A stretch of DNA of 59,474 bases, from NCBI GenBank assembly GCA_948439995.1, contig CAOJNP010000004.1, forward strand, positions 1 through 59,474, written 5' to 3'. The notes under the pieces are model-generated. The model was not told the DNA's origin. It was given only the letters and a program-made list of their open reading frames with translations, and did not search any database. Shown here piece by piece: positions 41,193 through 51,994 of the stretch. This DNA is from an uncultured Erysipelotrichaceae bacterium. GTDB taxonomy: Bacteria; Bacillota_I; Bacilli_A; RF39; UBA660. The first letter of the stretch is position 1. Each line of letters starts with the position of its first letter. Made by a program: the position numbers and the translations under genes.

Positions 41193-42944
41193 ATGAAAAG
41201 TACGAATAAGAAAAAAGATGATCGTAAAATAGCAATCTACTCTAGAAAATCAAAATATACAGGTAAAGGAGAAAGCACCAAGAATCAAATAGAAATGTGT
41301 AAAAAGAAAATCGCTTTTCAATTTGATGATATAGATTTAGATAATGATATTATTGTCTATGAAGATGAAGGATTTACTGGTTATAACATGAATCGCCCTG
41401 CTTTTCAAAAAATGTTAAAAGATATTAGAGATAATAAAATTAAAATCATAGCTTTTTATAGATTAGATAGAATTAGTCGTAATGTAACTGATTTTAGTAA
41501 TTTAGTAACAGAATTAGATAATTATGGAGTTGTTTTTTTATCAGCTACTGAAAATATAGAAAGCGTAACCCCTAGTGGTCGTGCTATGATGTTTATGAGT
41601 TCTGTATTTGCTCAATTAGAAAGAGATACTACTGCTGAACGTATAAGAGATAATATGATAGATCTTGCTAAAACTGGTCGTTGGCTTGGGGGGAATACTC
41701 CTACAGGTTTTGATTCAGAACAAATAGAACATATTACAATAGATGGAAAAAAACGTAAATTATTTAAACTTACAGAAAATGAAGAAATGCCTATTATAAT
41801 TACTCTATTTAAAAAAATGTTAGAATTAAAATCTTTAACTAAATTAGAAACTTATACGATTCAACATGATATAAAAACTAAAAATGATAAGTATTTTTCA
41901 CGTTGGGGATTAAAAAATATATTAACGAATCCTGTTTATGCTTATGCTGATAAAGACACACTAGAATACTTTAAAACGTTTGATGTAGAGATTTATGCAG
42001 AAGAAAAAGATTTTAATGGGGATCATGGTTTAATGGTTTACAATAAAACAGAACACAAAGGAAAAAATAAAGTCGTTATCAAAAGAGATGTAGAAGATTG
42101 GATTATTTCTATTGGAAAACATAAAGGAGTTGTTAGTGGTAAAGAATGGGTAGAAATTCAAGAATTAATCCTAAAAAATAGTGATATGAGGTATCGCAAA
42201 CCATCTGCTAGTAATTCTCTACTTTCAGGGCTTATAAGGTGTTCTCATTGTGGATCTTTCATGCGACCTAAACTAAAAAATAAAACTATTAGTGAAGATG
42301 ATAGAAGAAGATTCGATTATATGTGTGAGTTAAAAGATAAAAGCAGAAAACAAAAGTGTCAATGTAAAAATATTAATGGATTAGAAGCAGATGATTTAGT
42401 TATGGAAAAAATAAAAGAACTTGCTAATCCTAAATCTCTATTCTATCAATCATTAAAAGAAATATCTAAAAATACATTTACAGAAGAATATAAAAACAAT
42501 GAGGAGTTAAAAGCTTTAAGAACATCACTTACAAAAAATGAAAAAGATATATCTTCCTTACTCGATAAAATAAAATATGTAGATATTGATTTATTAGATG
42601 ATATTTCTAAAGAAATAAAATCTTTAAAAGAACAAAATTTAAAGATAGAAAAACAAATAAAGGATCTAACAAATACCAATTATGAAGAAATAAACGATAA
42701 AGATACTGCTGACCTTTTATTAAACGTTTTAGATACCTATTTTAACGAATTTAACGAATTAGACTTAAATACCAAAAGAAACCTAATAAAGCTTCTTGTA
42801 AGCTCTGTAACAACTGATGGAGAGGATATTACAATTAACTTTATAGGAGCTAGAACACTACAAGATAAAGATGTATGTGCTTGTAATAAAACAAGTGATG
42901 TATTAAGAATATCAGGATTTCCAACAGGTGAAGACAGCAAATGA
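41193..42944 (+). CDS. Large serine recombinase (SpoIVCA-like)
   Basis: IYSRKS, DEGFTG...RPAF, RLDRISR, FAQLER, LLSGLIRCSHCG zinc ribbon. Its stop codon overlaps the right att site. Confidence 0.96.
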   Translation: MKSTNKKKDDRKIAIYSRKSKYTGKGESTKNQIEMCKKKIAFQFDDIDLDNDIIVYEDEGFTGYNMNRPAFQKMLKDIRDNKIKIIAFYRLDRISRNVTDFSNLVTELDNYGVVFLSATENIESVTPSGRAMMFMSSVFAQLERDTTAERIRDNMIDLAKTGRWLGGNTPTGFDSEQIEHITIDGKKRKLFKLTENEEMPIIITLFKKMLELKSLTKLETYTIQHDIKTKNDKYFSRWGLKNILTNPVYAYADKDTLEYFKTFDVEIYAEEKDFNGDHGLMVYNKTEHKGKNKVVIKRDVEDWIISIGKHKGVVSGKEWVEIQELILKNSDMRYRKPSASNSLLSGLIRCSHCGSFMRPKLKNKTISEDDRRRFDYMCELKDKSRKQKCQCKNINGLEADDLVMEKIKELANPKSLFYQSLKEISKNTFTEEYKNNEELKALRTSLTKNEKDISSLLDKIKYVDIDLLDDISKEIKSLKEQNLKIEKQIKDLTNTNYEEINDKDTADLLLNVLDTYFNEFNELDLNTKRNLIKLLVSSVTTDGEDITINFIGARTLQDKDVCACNKTSDVLRISGFPTGEDSK

Positions 42945-43311
42945 AATCTTGATGTATTTTCGTGGAAATAAAAAAAATGGAAACAATGTCAGTTTGAATG
43001 ATTCTATCGGTTATGATAAAGATGGAAATGAAATTAATTTAATTGATGTAATTAAAGATAATTCTATTGATATTGCTGATACTTTGCATACTAAACATAA
43101 TTTAGAATTATTGAATCATTATTTGAAAGATTTGAGTCCTAGAGAACAAGAAATAATTAAGAAAAGATATGGACTTTGTTTGGAAAAGGAACAAACTCAA
43201 AAAGAAATTGCCAAAGAATTAGGAATTTCTAGAAGCTATGTTTCTCGAATTGAGAAAAGAGCTTTAATGAAAATATTAAAAGAATTTTTAAAAAGTAAAA
43301 ATGATCTTTAA
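42939..43311 (+). CDS. sigK: Sigma-K, 3' half (spoIIIC-like)
   Basis: NEILMYFR, IGYDKDGNEI, TQKEIAKELGISRSYVSRIEKRAL. Confidence 0.95.
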
Positions 43312-43421
43312 GAATCTTGAAACATTGATTTTTTCAATGTTTTTTTGTGTATTTTTTTCAATGCTTCGTTTACGAAACAAGTTTCTCATGATATAATATT
43401 TTAGAAATGTAGGTGTCATCG

Positions 43422-43925
43422 ATGGATTCTTTTATTCCAGATATTTATCAAAAAAGCATTTTTACAATTGATTATAAAAATTTAAAAAAAACAGGAATCA
43501 AATGTATTCTTTTTGATTTAAATGATACGATTGCTCCAGAGAGTATGTCTGTTCCAGATAAAAAATTAAAAGATTTATTTGCATATTTGGAAGGATTAAA
43601 ATTTAAACTTATTATTTTATCAAATGCCAGTAAAAATAGAGTAGAACCTTTTAAAGAAAAATTAAATGTCGATTCGGCTTTTCAAAGTGGAAAACCAAGC
43701 TTACATAAATATGAAAAAATTTTAGATTTATATCGCTTTGATGTTCATGAAATAGTTTGTATTGGAGATCAATTATTTCCAGATATTTATTGTGCAAATA
43801 AAATGGGATTTCGAAGTATTTTAATCAATGCTATTAGTAATAAAAAAGCAACGTTTTTAAATCGTTTTTTGTTTCAGCAATTAAGAAAAAAAGGAATATT
43901 AGAAAAAGGAGTTTATTATGAATAA
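43422..43925 (+). CDS. yqeG: YqeG family HAD IIIA phosphatase
   Basis: FDLNDT, LSNA, KP, IGDQLFPDI; upstream of yqeH. Confidence 0.85.
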   Translation: MDSFIPDIYQKSIFTIDYKNLKKTGIKCILFDLNDTIAPESMSVPDKKLKDLFAYLEGLKFKLIILSNASKNRVEPFKEKLNVDSAFQSGKPSLHKYEKILDLYRFDVHEIVCIGDQLFPDIYCANKMGFRSILINAISNKKATFLNRFLFQQLRKKGILEKGVYYE

Positions 43926-44901
43926 AAAATGTTTCGGATGTGGAAGTATTTTGCAATCTATAAATCCTTCTTCAATAGGTTATATTCCAATCAAAAAAGC
44001 AGATGCTATTTATTGTGAACGTTGTTTTCGATTACTTCATTATCATGAGTTAAGAATGGATTTATTACCTTTTACCAATCAAGAATTATTGGAGCAAGCA
44101 AAAAAATTACAAAAACCAGTTTATTATTTTTTAGATTTATTTCAAGTTTCAGAAGAAGCCCTTGCACCTTTTTTAGAAATTTCTCAAGAAAAATATCTTG
44201 TGTTAACAAAAATTGATTTGATTCCGAAAACAATTTCTGTGGATCGTTTATTAAAACGAATTCAAAATATTTATCAAATAAAGGATAAGATTTTTGCTTA
44301 TACCAGAAAGAGCGAAAAATTACTTTTAACGATATTAAATCACATGAGAAATTTTGAAGCGTGTGTTTTACTTGGAATGACAAATGCGGGAAAAAGTAGT
44401 TTTTTAAAAGAAGCTATTTCGTATTGCAATCATGAAAATTGTCCTGCATTAGTTAGTGAAATGCCAAATACTACGCTTTCTTTTTTGGATTGGAAAGTGG
44501 ATCATTTTCATTTAACAGATGCTCCTGGTTTTTCTTTTCAAACAAAATGGGATGCTGAGATTTTATTAAAATCAATTCCAAAACATTTTATGAAACCAAT
44601 TACAATGCAAATGAAAAAAGAAACAATTTTAAATTTTGAAAACGTAGTTTTTTTATCTCAAAACTTAGATCAAAATAGTATTACGTTTTATGGAAATCAA
44701 GAATTTTTGTTGGAAAAAAAATATAAGATGGAAGAAAAAATGGAACAAGAAATTCAAATTAAAATTCCAAAGAAAAGCGATTTGGTTTTTCCAGGAATAG
44801 GTTTTTTTTCCATTTCTAAGCCTTGTCATATCATGATTCAATCGAATTTCGATCTTTCTTATGAAATTCGACCATCTTTGTTTGGAGGTTGTGATGATTG
44901 A
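43918..44901 (+). CDS. yqeH: YqeH-like circularly permuted GTPase
   Basis: CFGCG...CERCF, TKIDL, GMTNAGKSS, PNTT, DAPG. Confidence 0.82.
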   Translation: MNKKCFGCGSILQSINPSSIGYIPIKKADAIYCERCFRLLHYHELRMDLLPFTNQELLEQAKKLQKPVYYFLDLFQVSEEALAPFLEISQEKYLVLTKIDLIPKTISVDRLLKRIQNIYQIKDKIFAYTRKSEKLLLTILNHMRNFEACVLLGMTNAGKSSFLKEAISYCNHENCPALVSEMPNTTLSFLDWKVDHFHLTDAPGFSFQTKWDAEILLKSIPKHFMKPITMQMKKETILNFENVVFLSQNLDQNSITFYGNQEFLLEKKYKMEEKMEQEIQIKIPKKSDLVFPGIGFFSISKPCHIMIQSNFDLSYEIRPSLFGGCDD

Positions 44902-45397
44902 AATCAAAAAATTAACAAAAGAAAAAGTAGCTGAATTTGTAACAGCTCACTTAAAATGTTGGGAAGAAACTTATGTGGGAATTTTTCCACCTGATGTCAT
45001 GGAATCTCGTTGGAAAAAGAAAGATGATCGAGTGACTCATATTACAAATCGATTGTATCATTCTGATTACTATTATTTTTCTTTAACACGTAATGATGAA
45101 ATCATTGGACTTTTGATATTTAGTATCATTGATGAAATTGCTTTGTTGGATGCAATTTATATTATGAAGCCATATCAGAAAAAAGGATATGGAACGAAAC
45201 TTTTAGAATTTATGGAACGTATTTTAAAAACTCAAAATATTACACAGTATTCTGTATATGTATTTAAGTCTTTAAAATCAAAAGACTTCTTTTTGAAAAA
45301 AGGGGCAATAAAAATAGAAGAAGATTATATTACGATTCATGGTAATGATTATAAGGAAATTCAATACGAAATAAAAGTAGGTGAGTTTGATGAATAA
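44894..45397 (+). CDS. GNAT acetyltransferase
   Basis: W.ETY.GI, YQKKGYGTKLL. Confidence 0.85.
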   Translation: MIEIKKLTKEKVAEFVTAHLKCWEETYVGIFPPDVMESRWKKKDDRVTHITNRLYHSDYYYFSLTRNDEIIGLLIFSIIDEIALLDAIYIMKPYQKKGYGTKLLEFMERILKTQNITQYSVYVFKSLKSKDFFLKKGAIKIEEDYITIHGNDYKEIQYEIKVGEFDE

Positions 45398-47141
45398 AAT
45401 TCGAGTAATGGATGAGAATTTAGCAAATAAAATTGCTGCAGGAGAAGTCGTTGAAAAGTGCTCTTCTATTGTTAAGGAATTAGCAGAAAATAGTGTAGAT
45501 GCGGGTGCTACTGAGATTTTAATTCATTTAAAAGAGGGTGGTATTGGGAGTATTCATGTAATTGATAATGGAAGTGGTATGGACAAAGAAGATGCTTTAT
45601 TAGCATTTCAAAGACATGCAACAAGTAAACTTTATAAAGATGATGATTTATTTTTTATTGATACATTAGGATTTCGTGGGGAAGCGCTTCCATCAATTGC
45701 TAGCGTTTCTCATGTAACTTTAAAGACTTCTACTGGAGAAGTTGGAACATTTTTAAAAATAGAAGGTGGTGTTTTAAAGACAGTAGAAGAAGCTGATGCA
45801 AGAAAAGGTACTATTTTGTCAATAGATCATTTATTTTATAATACTCCTGCCAGATTGAAATATTTAAAAAGTGAACAGTCTGAATTGGCTTCTTGTGTTT
45901 CTTTTGTAGAACGTTTTTCCCTTGCACATCCGAGTGTCAGTTTTACTTTAACAAATGATGATCGTGTCTTAGTTAAAACCAGTGGAAGTGGTAATTTACA
46001 TAAAACGATTCATGAAATTTACGGATTACAAATTTCTAGTAAAATGATTGAAGTACAGGCAAGTAATAATGATTTTGATTTGTATGGATATATTGGAAAG
46101 CCAGAGATTTTAAAGTCAAATCGCAATCATATGATCGTGATGGTCAATGGAAGAGTAATTAAAAATTTAGATATTTTAAGAGCAATCAATGATGCATATT
46201 ATACTTATAAGCCTGATATAAAATATCCAGTTGTAGTATTAAAAATTGATACAGATCCTACTTTAATTGATGTGAATATTCATCCAACGAAACAAGATAT
46301 TAAAATTAATAAAATGAATATTTTATATGAATTAATTGTGACGACCATTAAAGATGCTCTTTATCAAAATTTATTAATTCCAAGTGCTGTGGAACGGCTA
46401 AGTGATATCAACTCGATTAAGCAAGATGTAATGAAATCCATAATAAAAGAAACAATGGAAGAATCTGTAAATGATTCAGTTCAAGCAACATTTGATCTTG
46501 GAAGTGTAGCGATAAATGAAAAAGAAGAGCCAGTTGTTTTTAATAAGGAAATGAAACAATTAAAATTATATCCAGTTGGTCTTGCTCATGGAACTTATAT
46601 TATTGCTGAAAATGAAGAAGGAATCTATTTAATCGATCAACATGCTGCACAAGAACGAGTGAACTATGAAAAAAATATGGAAGCTTTAAAAAATAAAAAA
46701 GTTTTTACAACAGATTTATTATTTCCTATTACAATAGAATTATCAAATAGTGAATTTTTAAAATTACAAGAACAAGCTACAACATTAAAAGAAATGGGAT
46801 TTGATTTAGAAGAATTCGGTTTGAATACTTTTGTTTTTAAGGGACATCCAACATGGATTTTGGAGGGATATGAAGAGGAGAGTATTCGTAAAATCATCGA
46901 TTTGATTATTGGAGGTCTTACCAGTTTTGATCGAGTAAAATTTAATGAAAGTATAGCCATTACTTTGGCATGTAAAATGAGTATTAAAGCCAATATGCAT
47001 ATTAGTCATGAAGCACAAGAAGAATTATTAAACGCATTATGTGAATGTGATAATCCTTATCATTGTCCCCATGGAAGACCAACGATCATAAAATTTAGTA
47101 TTTATGATTTAGAAAGAATGTTTAAAAGAGCAATGAATTAA
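45390..47141 (+). CDS. mutL: DNA mismatch repair endonuclease MutL
   Basis: IAAGEVVE, GFRGEAL, DQHAAQER, CPHGRP. Confidence 0.98.
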   Translation: MNKIRVMDENLANKIAAGEVVEKCSSIVKELAENSVDAGATEILIHLKEGGIGSIHVIDNGSGMDKEDALLAFQRHATSKLYKDDDLFFIDTLGFRGEALPSIASVSHVTLKTSTGEVGTFLKIEGGVLKTVEEADARKGTILSIDHLFYNTPARLKYLKSEQSELASCVSFVERFSLAHPSVSFTLTNDDRVLVKTSGSGNLHKTIHEIYGLQISSKMIEVQASNNDFDLYGYIGKPEILKSNRNHMIVMVNGRVIKNLDILRAINDAYYTYKPDIKYPVVVLKIDTDPTLIDVNIHPTKQDIKINKMNILYELIVTTIKDALYQNLLIPSAVERLSDINSIKQDVMKSIIKETMEESVNDSVQATFDLGSVAINEKEEPVVFNKEMKQLKLYPVGLAHGTYIIAENEEGIYLIDQHAAQERVNYEKNMEALKNKKVFTTDLLFPITIELSNSEFLKLQEQATTLKEMGFDLEEFGLNTFVFKGHPTWILEGYEEESIRKIIDLIIGGLTSFDRVKFNESIAITLACKMSIKANMHISHEAQEELLNALCECDNPYHCPHGRPTIIKFSIYDLERMFKRAMN

Positions 47142-48864
47142 TTGCTCTTTGTTTGTTCGTTTCGATATAAATTTTGATAAATATGATTTTCTTTTAAAAG
47201 ACTTTCATGAGTACCAATTGCATCAATTTTTCCATGATTTAAAACTACAATCTTGTCATGGTTTAAAATAGTAGAAAGTCGATGAGCAATCGTTACAATG
47301 GTTTTTCCATTTAATTTTGCTAAATTGTTTTGAATTTTTTTTGCGTTTTATTATCAAGAGCGCTGGATGCTTCATCTAATAGAAGAATGGGAGTGTTTTG
47401 TAGTAAACTTCTTGCAATAGCAAGACGCTGTTTTTGTCCTCCACTTAAATTAAAACCATTTTCTTGAATTATAGTTTGATATCCATTCGGCATTTTTAAA
47501 ATGTCTTCATGGATTTCTGCTTGCTTACAAGCTTTTATCATTTCGTCTTTTGTTATTTTTTGATTTCCTTTTAAGTTTTCTTCTATACTCATAGTAAAAA
47601 GATAGGAAGATTGGGAAACGATAGAAATATGATTTCTAATTTCTTCTTCTTTTAAATTTTCTATGTTTTCTCCAAAGAAAAGAATATTTCCTTCTTGTGG
47701 CTGATATAATTTGGTTATAAGCCGAAACAATGTTGTTTTTCCACAGCCACTAGACCCCACAAAAGCAACGGACTCTGCTTCTAAAATTTTAAAAGAAATA
47801 TTTTCTAAAATTGGTTTTCTGCTTTCATAAGAAAAAGAGACATTTTGAAATTCTAAAGCAGTTTTTGTTTTAGAAATGAGAGAATGTTTGCCATATTCTT
47901 CTTTTTTTGCTATTTCATCGTTTAATATTTCTAATATTTGATTTGCAGATAGTCAAAATATTTTTATATTTTCTAAGAGTGATTCGGTATAATCTAGTAA
48001 ATCAAAAATACTTGTTTCATAATTTAGAGCCATTAAAGCAATGGATATGGTTAATTTGTTATAGTAAATTAAATAGATAGATAAAGAGAACAATAAATAG
48101 CGAAAAATATTTTTAATATTATTCGAGAAGAAAAGAAAAAAACGGTTTACTTCACCTACATTTAGAAGCGATTTATTAAAGTATTGAATATTTTCTTCTG
48201 TTTTTTTTAAAAATATTTTTTTTAGATTCAATAATTTTATTTCTTCTACTCCTTTAATCAGTTCAATATTACCATTCATTAAAGTTTCAACTTTTTCTCG
48301 TTTCTTTTTGATTTCTTCTGTAAAACGTTTGGTTTTCGTTTTTTTAATAAAAAAAAGTAGTATTAAAAAGTAAAGATAGAAAAAAAAGAGAATATGACTC
48401 ATTAAAAAAATAGTAATTAGTGATCCGATATTAATAAAAATATCAATGATGTCATCTGTAATTTTGATAAAGAAATCAGAAATATCAATCGTATCATCAG
48501 TCATTCTTTGAATAAAAAAGCCAGTATTATTAGATTGAATTGACTCATATTTTGTGTTTAAAAAGTTTTTTGTAATATCTAAATGAAGATTTTTATAGGT
48601 TGAAGTGATAAATTTTTGAGCATGATAACTTATGAAATATTTTAAAATACTATAAAAAAAATGAATCAAAAAAATAAGTAAAGTTATTTTATAAAGAGTA
48701 TCGATTGAATTTGAAGTTAAAAGAAGAGTTTGTTTCGAAATTAGAATCGGTAAAATAATCCATATAATAACCATAATAATTCCTATGAAACAATAAAGAT
48801 AAAAATCTTTTTTTTCTTTCTTTGCATAATTTAATAGCCATTTTGTTAAACTAGTTTTTTTCAT
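47138..48864 (-). pseudogene. ABC exporter (TM+NBD) pseudogene
   Basis: In-frame TGA at 47953-47955 plus a frameshift in the A8 run (T8 at 47335-47342). Motifs GSSGCGKT, LSGGQ, LLDEA and AHRL are present across the breaks. Confidence 0.8.
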
Positions 48865-48950
48865 TTTATCACCACATTTATTGTAAAATGAAATAAATTA
48901 AATTAACTGACTTTTTTGATGTTAATAAAATCATTAAAAAAGAAAACAAA

Positions 48951-50711
48951 TTATTTTTTTGTTTCCTTTAACTCTAATTCATATAATTTTTGATAACTTT
49001 TATTTTTTTGTAATAATTCTTGATGTGTACCGACATCTAAAATTTTACCATCTTCTATAAAAACTAAGCGATCACTATTAATGACAGTGGAAAGGCGATG
49101 GGCTATAATTAATATTGTATATTCTCCTTGCATATTATCAATCGCATTTTGAATCTCTTTTTGCGTTTCATTATCAAGAGCACTGGTTGCTTCATCAAAT
49201 AAGATAATTTCTGTTTTTTGAACCAAAGCTCTTGCAATAGCAAGTCGTTGTCTTTGACCTCCAGAAAGGGAAACACCACCTTCACCAACAATTGTATCAT
49301 AGCCATTTGGAAGAGACATAATGTAATCGTGCAAACATGCGAGTTTACAAGCTTCCATCATTTCTTCTTCCGTTAAACCTTCTTTGATTAAACTTAAGTT
49401 TTCTCGTATACTCATGTTAAAAATATAAGGACTTTGATTAATAATGGAAATGTTACCACGTAGTGAATCTTTATCCAAATCTTTGATATTAATTCCATCG
49501 ATGGTAATTTCACCTTGACTTGGTTCATACAACTTACAAAGTAAATTAAAAATGGTTGATTTCCCAGACCCGCTTTTTCCAACAAAAGATACTGTTTCAT
49601 TTGCTTTAATTTTAAAGCTAATATCTTTTAAAATTGGTTCGTTTTCTTCATAAGCAAAAGACACATTTTTAAATTCAAAATCTCCATGTACTTTTTCAAT
49701 ATGTTTGCTTCCAAATGTTTCTTTTTGATCACTTTCAATAATTTGGAATACTCGATTGGCAGAAAGATTATAATCTTTTATTGATTCTAATAATTTTCCT
49801 ACAAAATCTAAAGTATGCATTATTTGATTTCGATAATTAAATAAAATAATAGCGGTTGGAATATCAAGTAATTCTTGTTTGATTAAATATATGACTAATA
49901 TAAAATAACTAAAGTTTAAAATATCTCGAAGATTACTATAAATAAATCGAAAAATTTGATTTGTTAGAGACATTTTATAACGACATTCTTGTGTGCTTGA
50001 GATGCGCTTTTGTGTTTCTTTTAAAAAGCTATCTTCAGCATTCAATACTTTAATATCTTTGGCACCTCTTACTAATTCAGAAATTAAACTAGTTGCTTTT
50101 TCTTTCTTTTTTCGATATATTTTATCGTTTTTTTGATAAACATCATTTTTCTTTTTTTGAATTAGAAATAATATAATTAAGAAAAATAAATAGAAAATAA
50201 AAATGTATTTGTTTAAAATAAATATACTGATTAAAATTCCTAAATTGGTTATGATTTCAGTAAGATAATCACATATAACTAAATATATATCTGCAATTTT
50301 ACTAGAATCACTAGAAATACGTTCGATAAAATAACCACTTGATTTTTTATTAAATTCTTGCGATGTTGTTTTTAAAATTTCTGAAGTCATGGTAATTTGA
50401 ATGTTTTTTAATGTAGTTCGATAAAATACTTCTGCATCTTTATTAGCTATCAATATGAAAACATTTCTTAAAATTTCTAAGCAAATTAAGGCAATTGTAC
50501 TATATAAGAGTTGCTCCCATATACCATTTGAAATATGTAGGATTTGTTTTGCTGTAAACATTGGAACAACTGCTCCAATAATACAAAGAACGACAGAACC
50601 GATTAAATAATAAATAAAATTTTTTTTACTTTCTTTTGCATATTGATATGATTTTTTGATATTTTTTAATGTTTCCCATTTTTGTTTTGGGAATTCTTCT
50701 GAGTCTTTCAT
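48951..50711 (-). CDS. ABC exporter, fused permease/ATP-binding protein
   Basis: GKSGSGKST, LSGGQ, FDEATSALD, IAHRL. Confidence 0.95.
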   Translation of the reverse strand: MKDSEEFPKQKWETLKNIKKSYQYAKESKKNFIYYLIGSVVLCIIGAVVPMFTAKQILHISNGIWEQLLYSTIALICLEILRNVFILIANKDAEVFYRTTLKNIQITMTSEILKTTSQEFNKKSSGYFIERISSDSSKIADIYLVICDYLTEIITNLGILISIFILNKYIFIFYLFFLIILFLIQKKKNDVYQKNDKIYRKKKEKATSLISELVRGAKDIKVLNAEDSFLKETQKRISSTQECRYKMSLTNQIFRFIYSNLRDILNFSYFILVIYLIKQELLDIPTAIILFNYRNQIMHTLDFVGKLLESIKDYNLSANRVFQIIESDQKETFGSKHIEKVHGDFEFKNVSFAYEENEPILKDISFKIKANETVSFVGKSGSGKSTIFNLLCKLYEPSQGEITIDGINIKDLDKDSLRGNISIINQSPYIFNMSIRENLSLIKEGLTEEEMMEACKLACLHDYIMSLPNGYDTIVGEGGVSLSGGQRQRLAIARALVQKTEIILFDEATSALDNETQKEIQNAIDNMQGEYTILIIAHRLSTVINSDRLVFIEDGKILDVGTHQELLQKNKSYQKLYELELKETKK

Positions 50712-50852
50712 CTATTCACCTCGCCGAATTAACATTATAGCAAAAAAGGTAAAAAGATGCATTATAATTCTTAATTTTTAACATTAATGTTCCTGATGTT
50801 TTGACAAATAAAATTCTTTATGATAATTTTTTGAAAAGAGAGAAGGAAAATT

Positions 50853-51725
50853 ATGATTTTAGCAATTGTAGGTCCTACTGGTGTTGGAAAAACAAAATTA
50901 AGTATTGAACTTGCTAAGATTTATAATGGTGAGATTATTAATTGTGATTCTTTACAAGTTTATCGTGGTTTGGATGTTGGTACTGCTAAAATTACGAATC
51001 AAGAAATGGAACATATTCCTCATCATTTATTAAATATCAAGAATGTAGAAGAAACTTATACCGTATTTGATTATCAAAAAGATGCAAGAGAATGTATTGA
51101 ACAAATAAAAGCCAAGAAAAAAGTTCCTATTTTTGTTGGAGGAACAGGAATGTATTTAAAAGCGGCTTTGTATGATTATCGATTTTTAGAAGAAGAGGAT
51201 ACTACTTCTTTGTATGATAATCTTTCCAATGAAGAGCTCCAAAAAAGAATCGATGAATATGAAACGGGGATTGTATTTGATAAACAGAATAGACGTCGTA
51301 TGATCCGTCTTCTTTCTAAATTAGATCAAGGATTTACTTTAAGTCAAAATGGATTTCAATTATTATATGATGATGTGATATTTATTGGTTTAACAATAGA
51401 TCGTGAAATTTTGTATCAACGAATTCATAAACGATTTGATCAAATGCTTATTCCTCTTATTGATGAAGTAAAACCATATATTATAAATGGCGTGAAAACA
51501 AAGCCTTTGATGACGGGAATCGGATACAAAGAGTTTTATGCCTTTTTTGACAATAAAAAGACTTTACATCAAGTAGTAGAAGAATGTAAACAAAATTCTA
51601 GAAATTATGCAAAACGTCAATTTACATGGTTTACAAATCAAATGGATGTTACATGGTTTGAAGTGAATTATGAGTCATTTCAAGAAACAGTCCAAGATGT
51701 GGTGAAATATATTGATTCAATTTAA
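50853..51725 (+). CDS. miaA: tRNA dimethylallyltransferase
   Basis: GPTGVGKT, DSLQVY, GTAK, VGGTGMY, YAKRQ.TWF. Confidence 0.97.
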   Translation: MILAIVGPTGVGKTKLSIELAKIYNGEIINCDSLQVYRGLDVGTAKITNQEMEHIPHHLLNIKNVEETYTVFDYQKDARECIEQIKAKKKVPIFVGGTGMYLKAALYDYRFLEEEDTTSLYDNLSNEELQKRIDEYETGIVFDKQNRRRMIRLLSKLDQGFTLSQNGFQLLYDDVIFIGLTIDREILYQRIHKRFDQMLIPLIDEVKPYIINGVKTKPLMTGIGYKEFYAFFDNKKTLHQVVEECKQNSRNYAKRQFTWFTNQMDVTWFEVNYESFQETVQDVVKYIDSI

Positions 51726-51742
51726 AATGATTAAAAAAAAAA

Positions 51743-51985
51743 TTGACGATTTAAAAAAAAAAGATTACAATAAATGTATATTTCTAATGAGGAAAGATTT
51801 TAAAAGGAATTTCAAAAAGAGATGGTGGGTAGCTGAAAACACTAAAATTCTTTTTTTAAAGAACAGCCTCTATTCATTTAGAAATCGTAATACGACGTTA
51901 TCGTAATTTTGAGAGTACCTAGTAAAGTAAGGTGGCACCGCGGACTTTTTGTTCGTCCTTACATTTATTGGGCTTTTTTTATTTT
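51743..51985 (+). promoter_or_regulatory. Sigma-A promoter plus T-box riboswitch (candidate specifier AAC/Asn, uncertain)
   Basis: TTGACG-17-TACAAT; AGAGA and GCTGAA stem-I motifs; AAGGTGGCACCGCG (51929-51942); terminator T-run. Confidence 0.85.
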
Positions 51986-51994
51986 GGAGGATTT

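Larger units (their letters stand above)
33326..42943. mobile_element. skin-like sigK-intervening integrative element (about 9.6 kb)
   Basis: AAATG direct repeat at 33326-33330 and 42939-42943. Excision rejoins CIEN/EILM to give a 690-nt (229-aa) sigK. A large serine recombinase lies at the right end. Confidence 0.95.

Noticed and set aside
33326-42943. Prophage or inovirus call for the element
   Set aside because: No recognisable capsid, terminase, tail or Zot-like morphogenesis genes; it fits an integrative mobilisable element better.
47953-47955. TGA read-through or genetic code 4
   Set aside because: TGA ends conserved genes here (hisS, yqzL, yqfC), Trp is encoded by TGG, the site aligns to Asn in the paralog, and the gene also has a frameshift.
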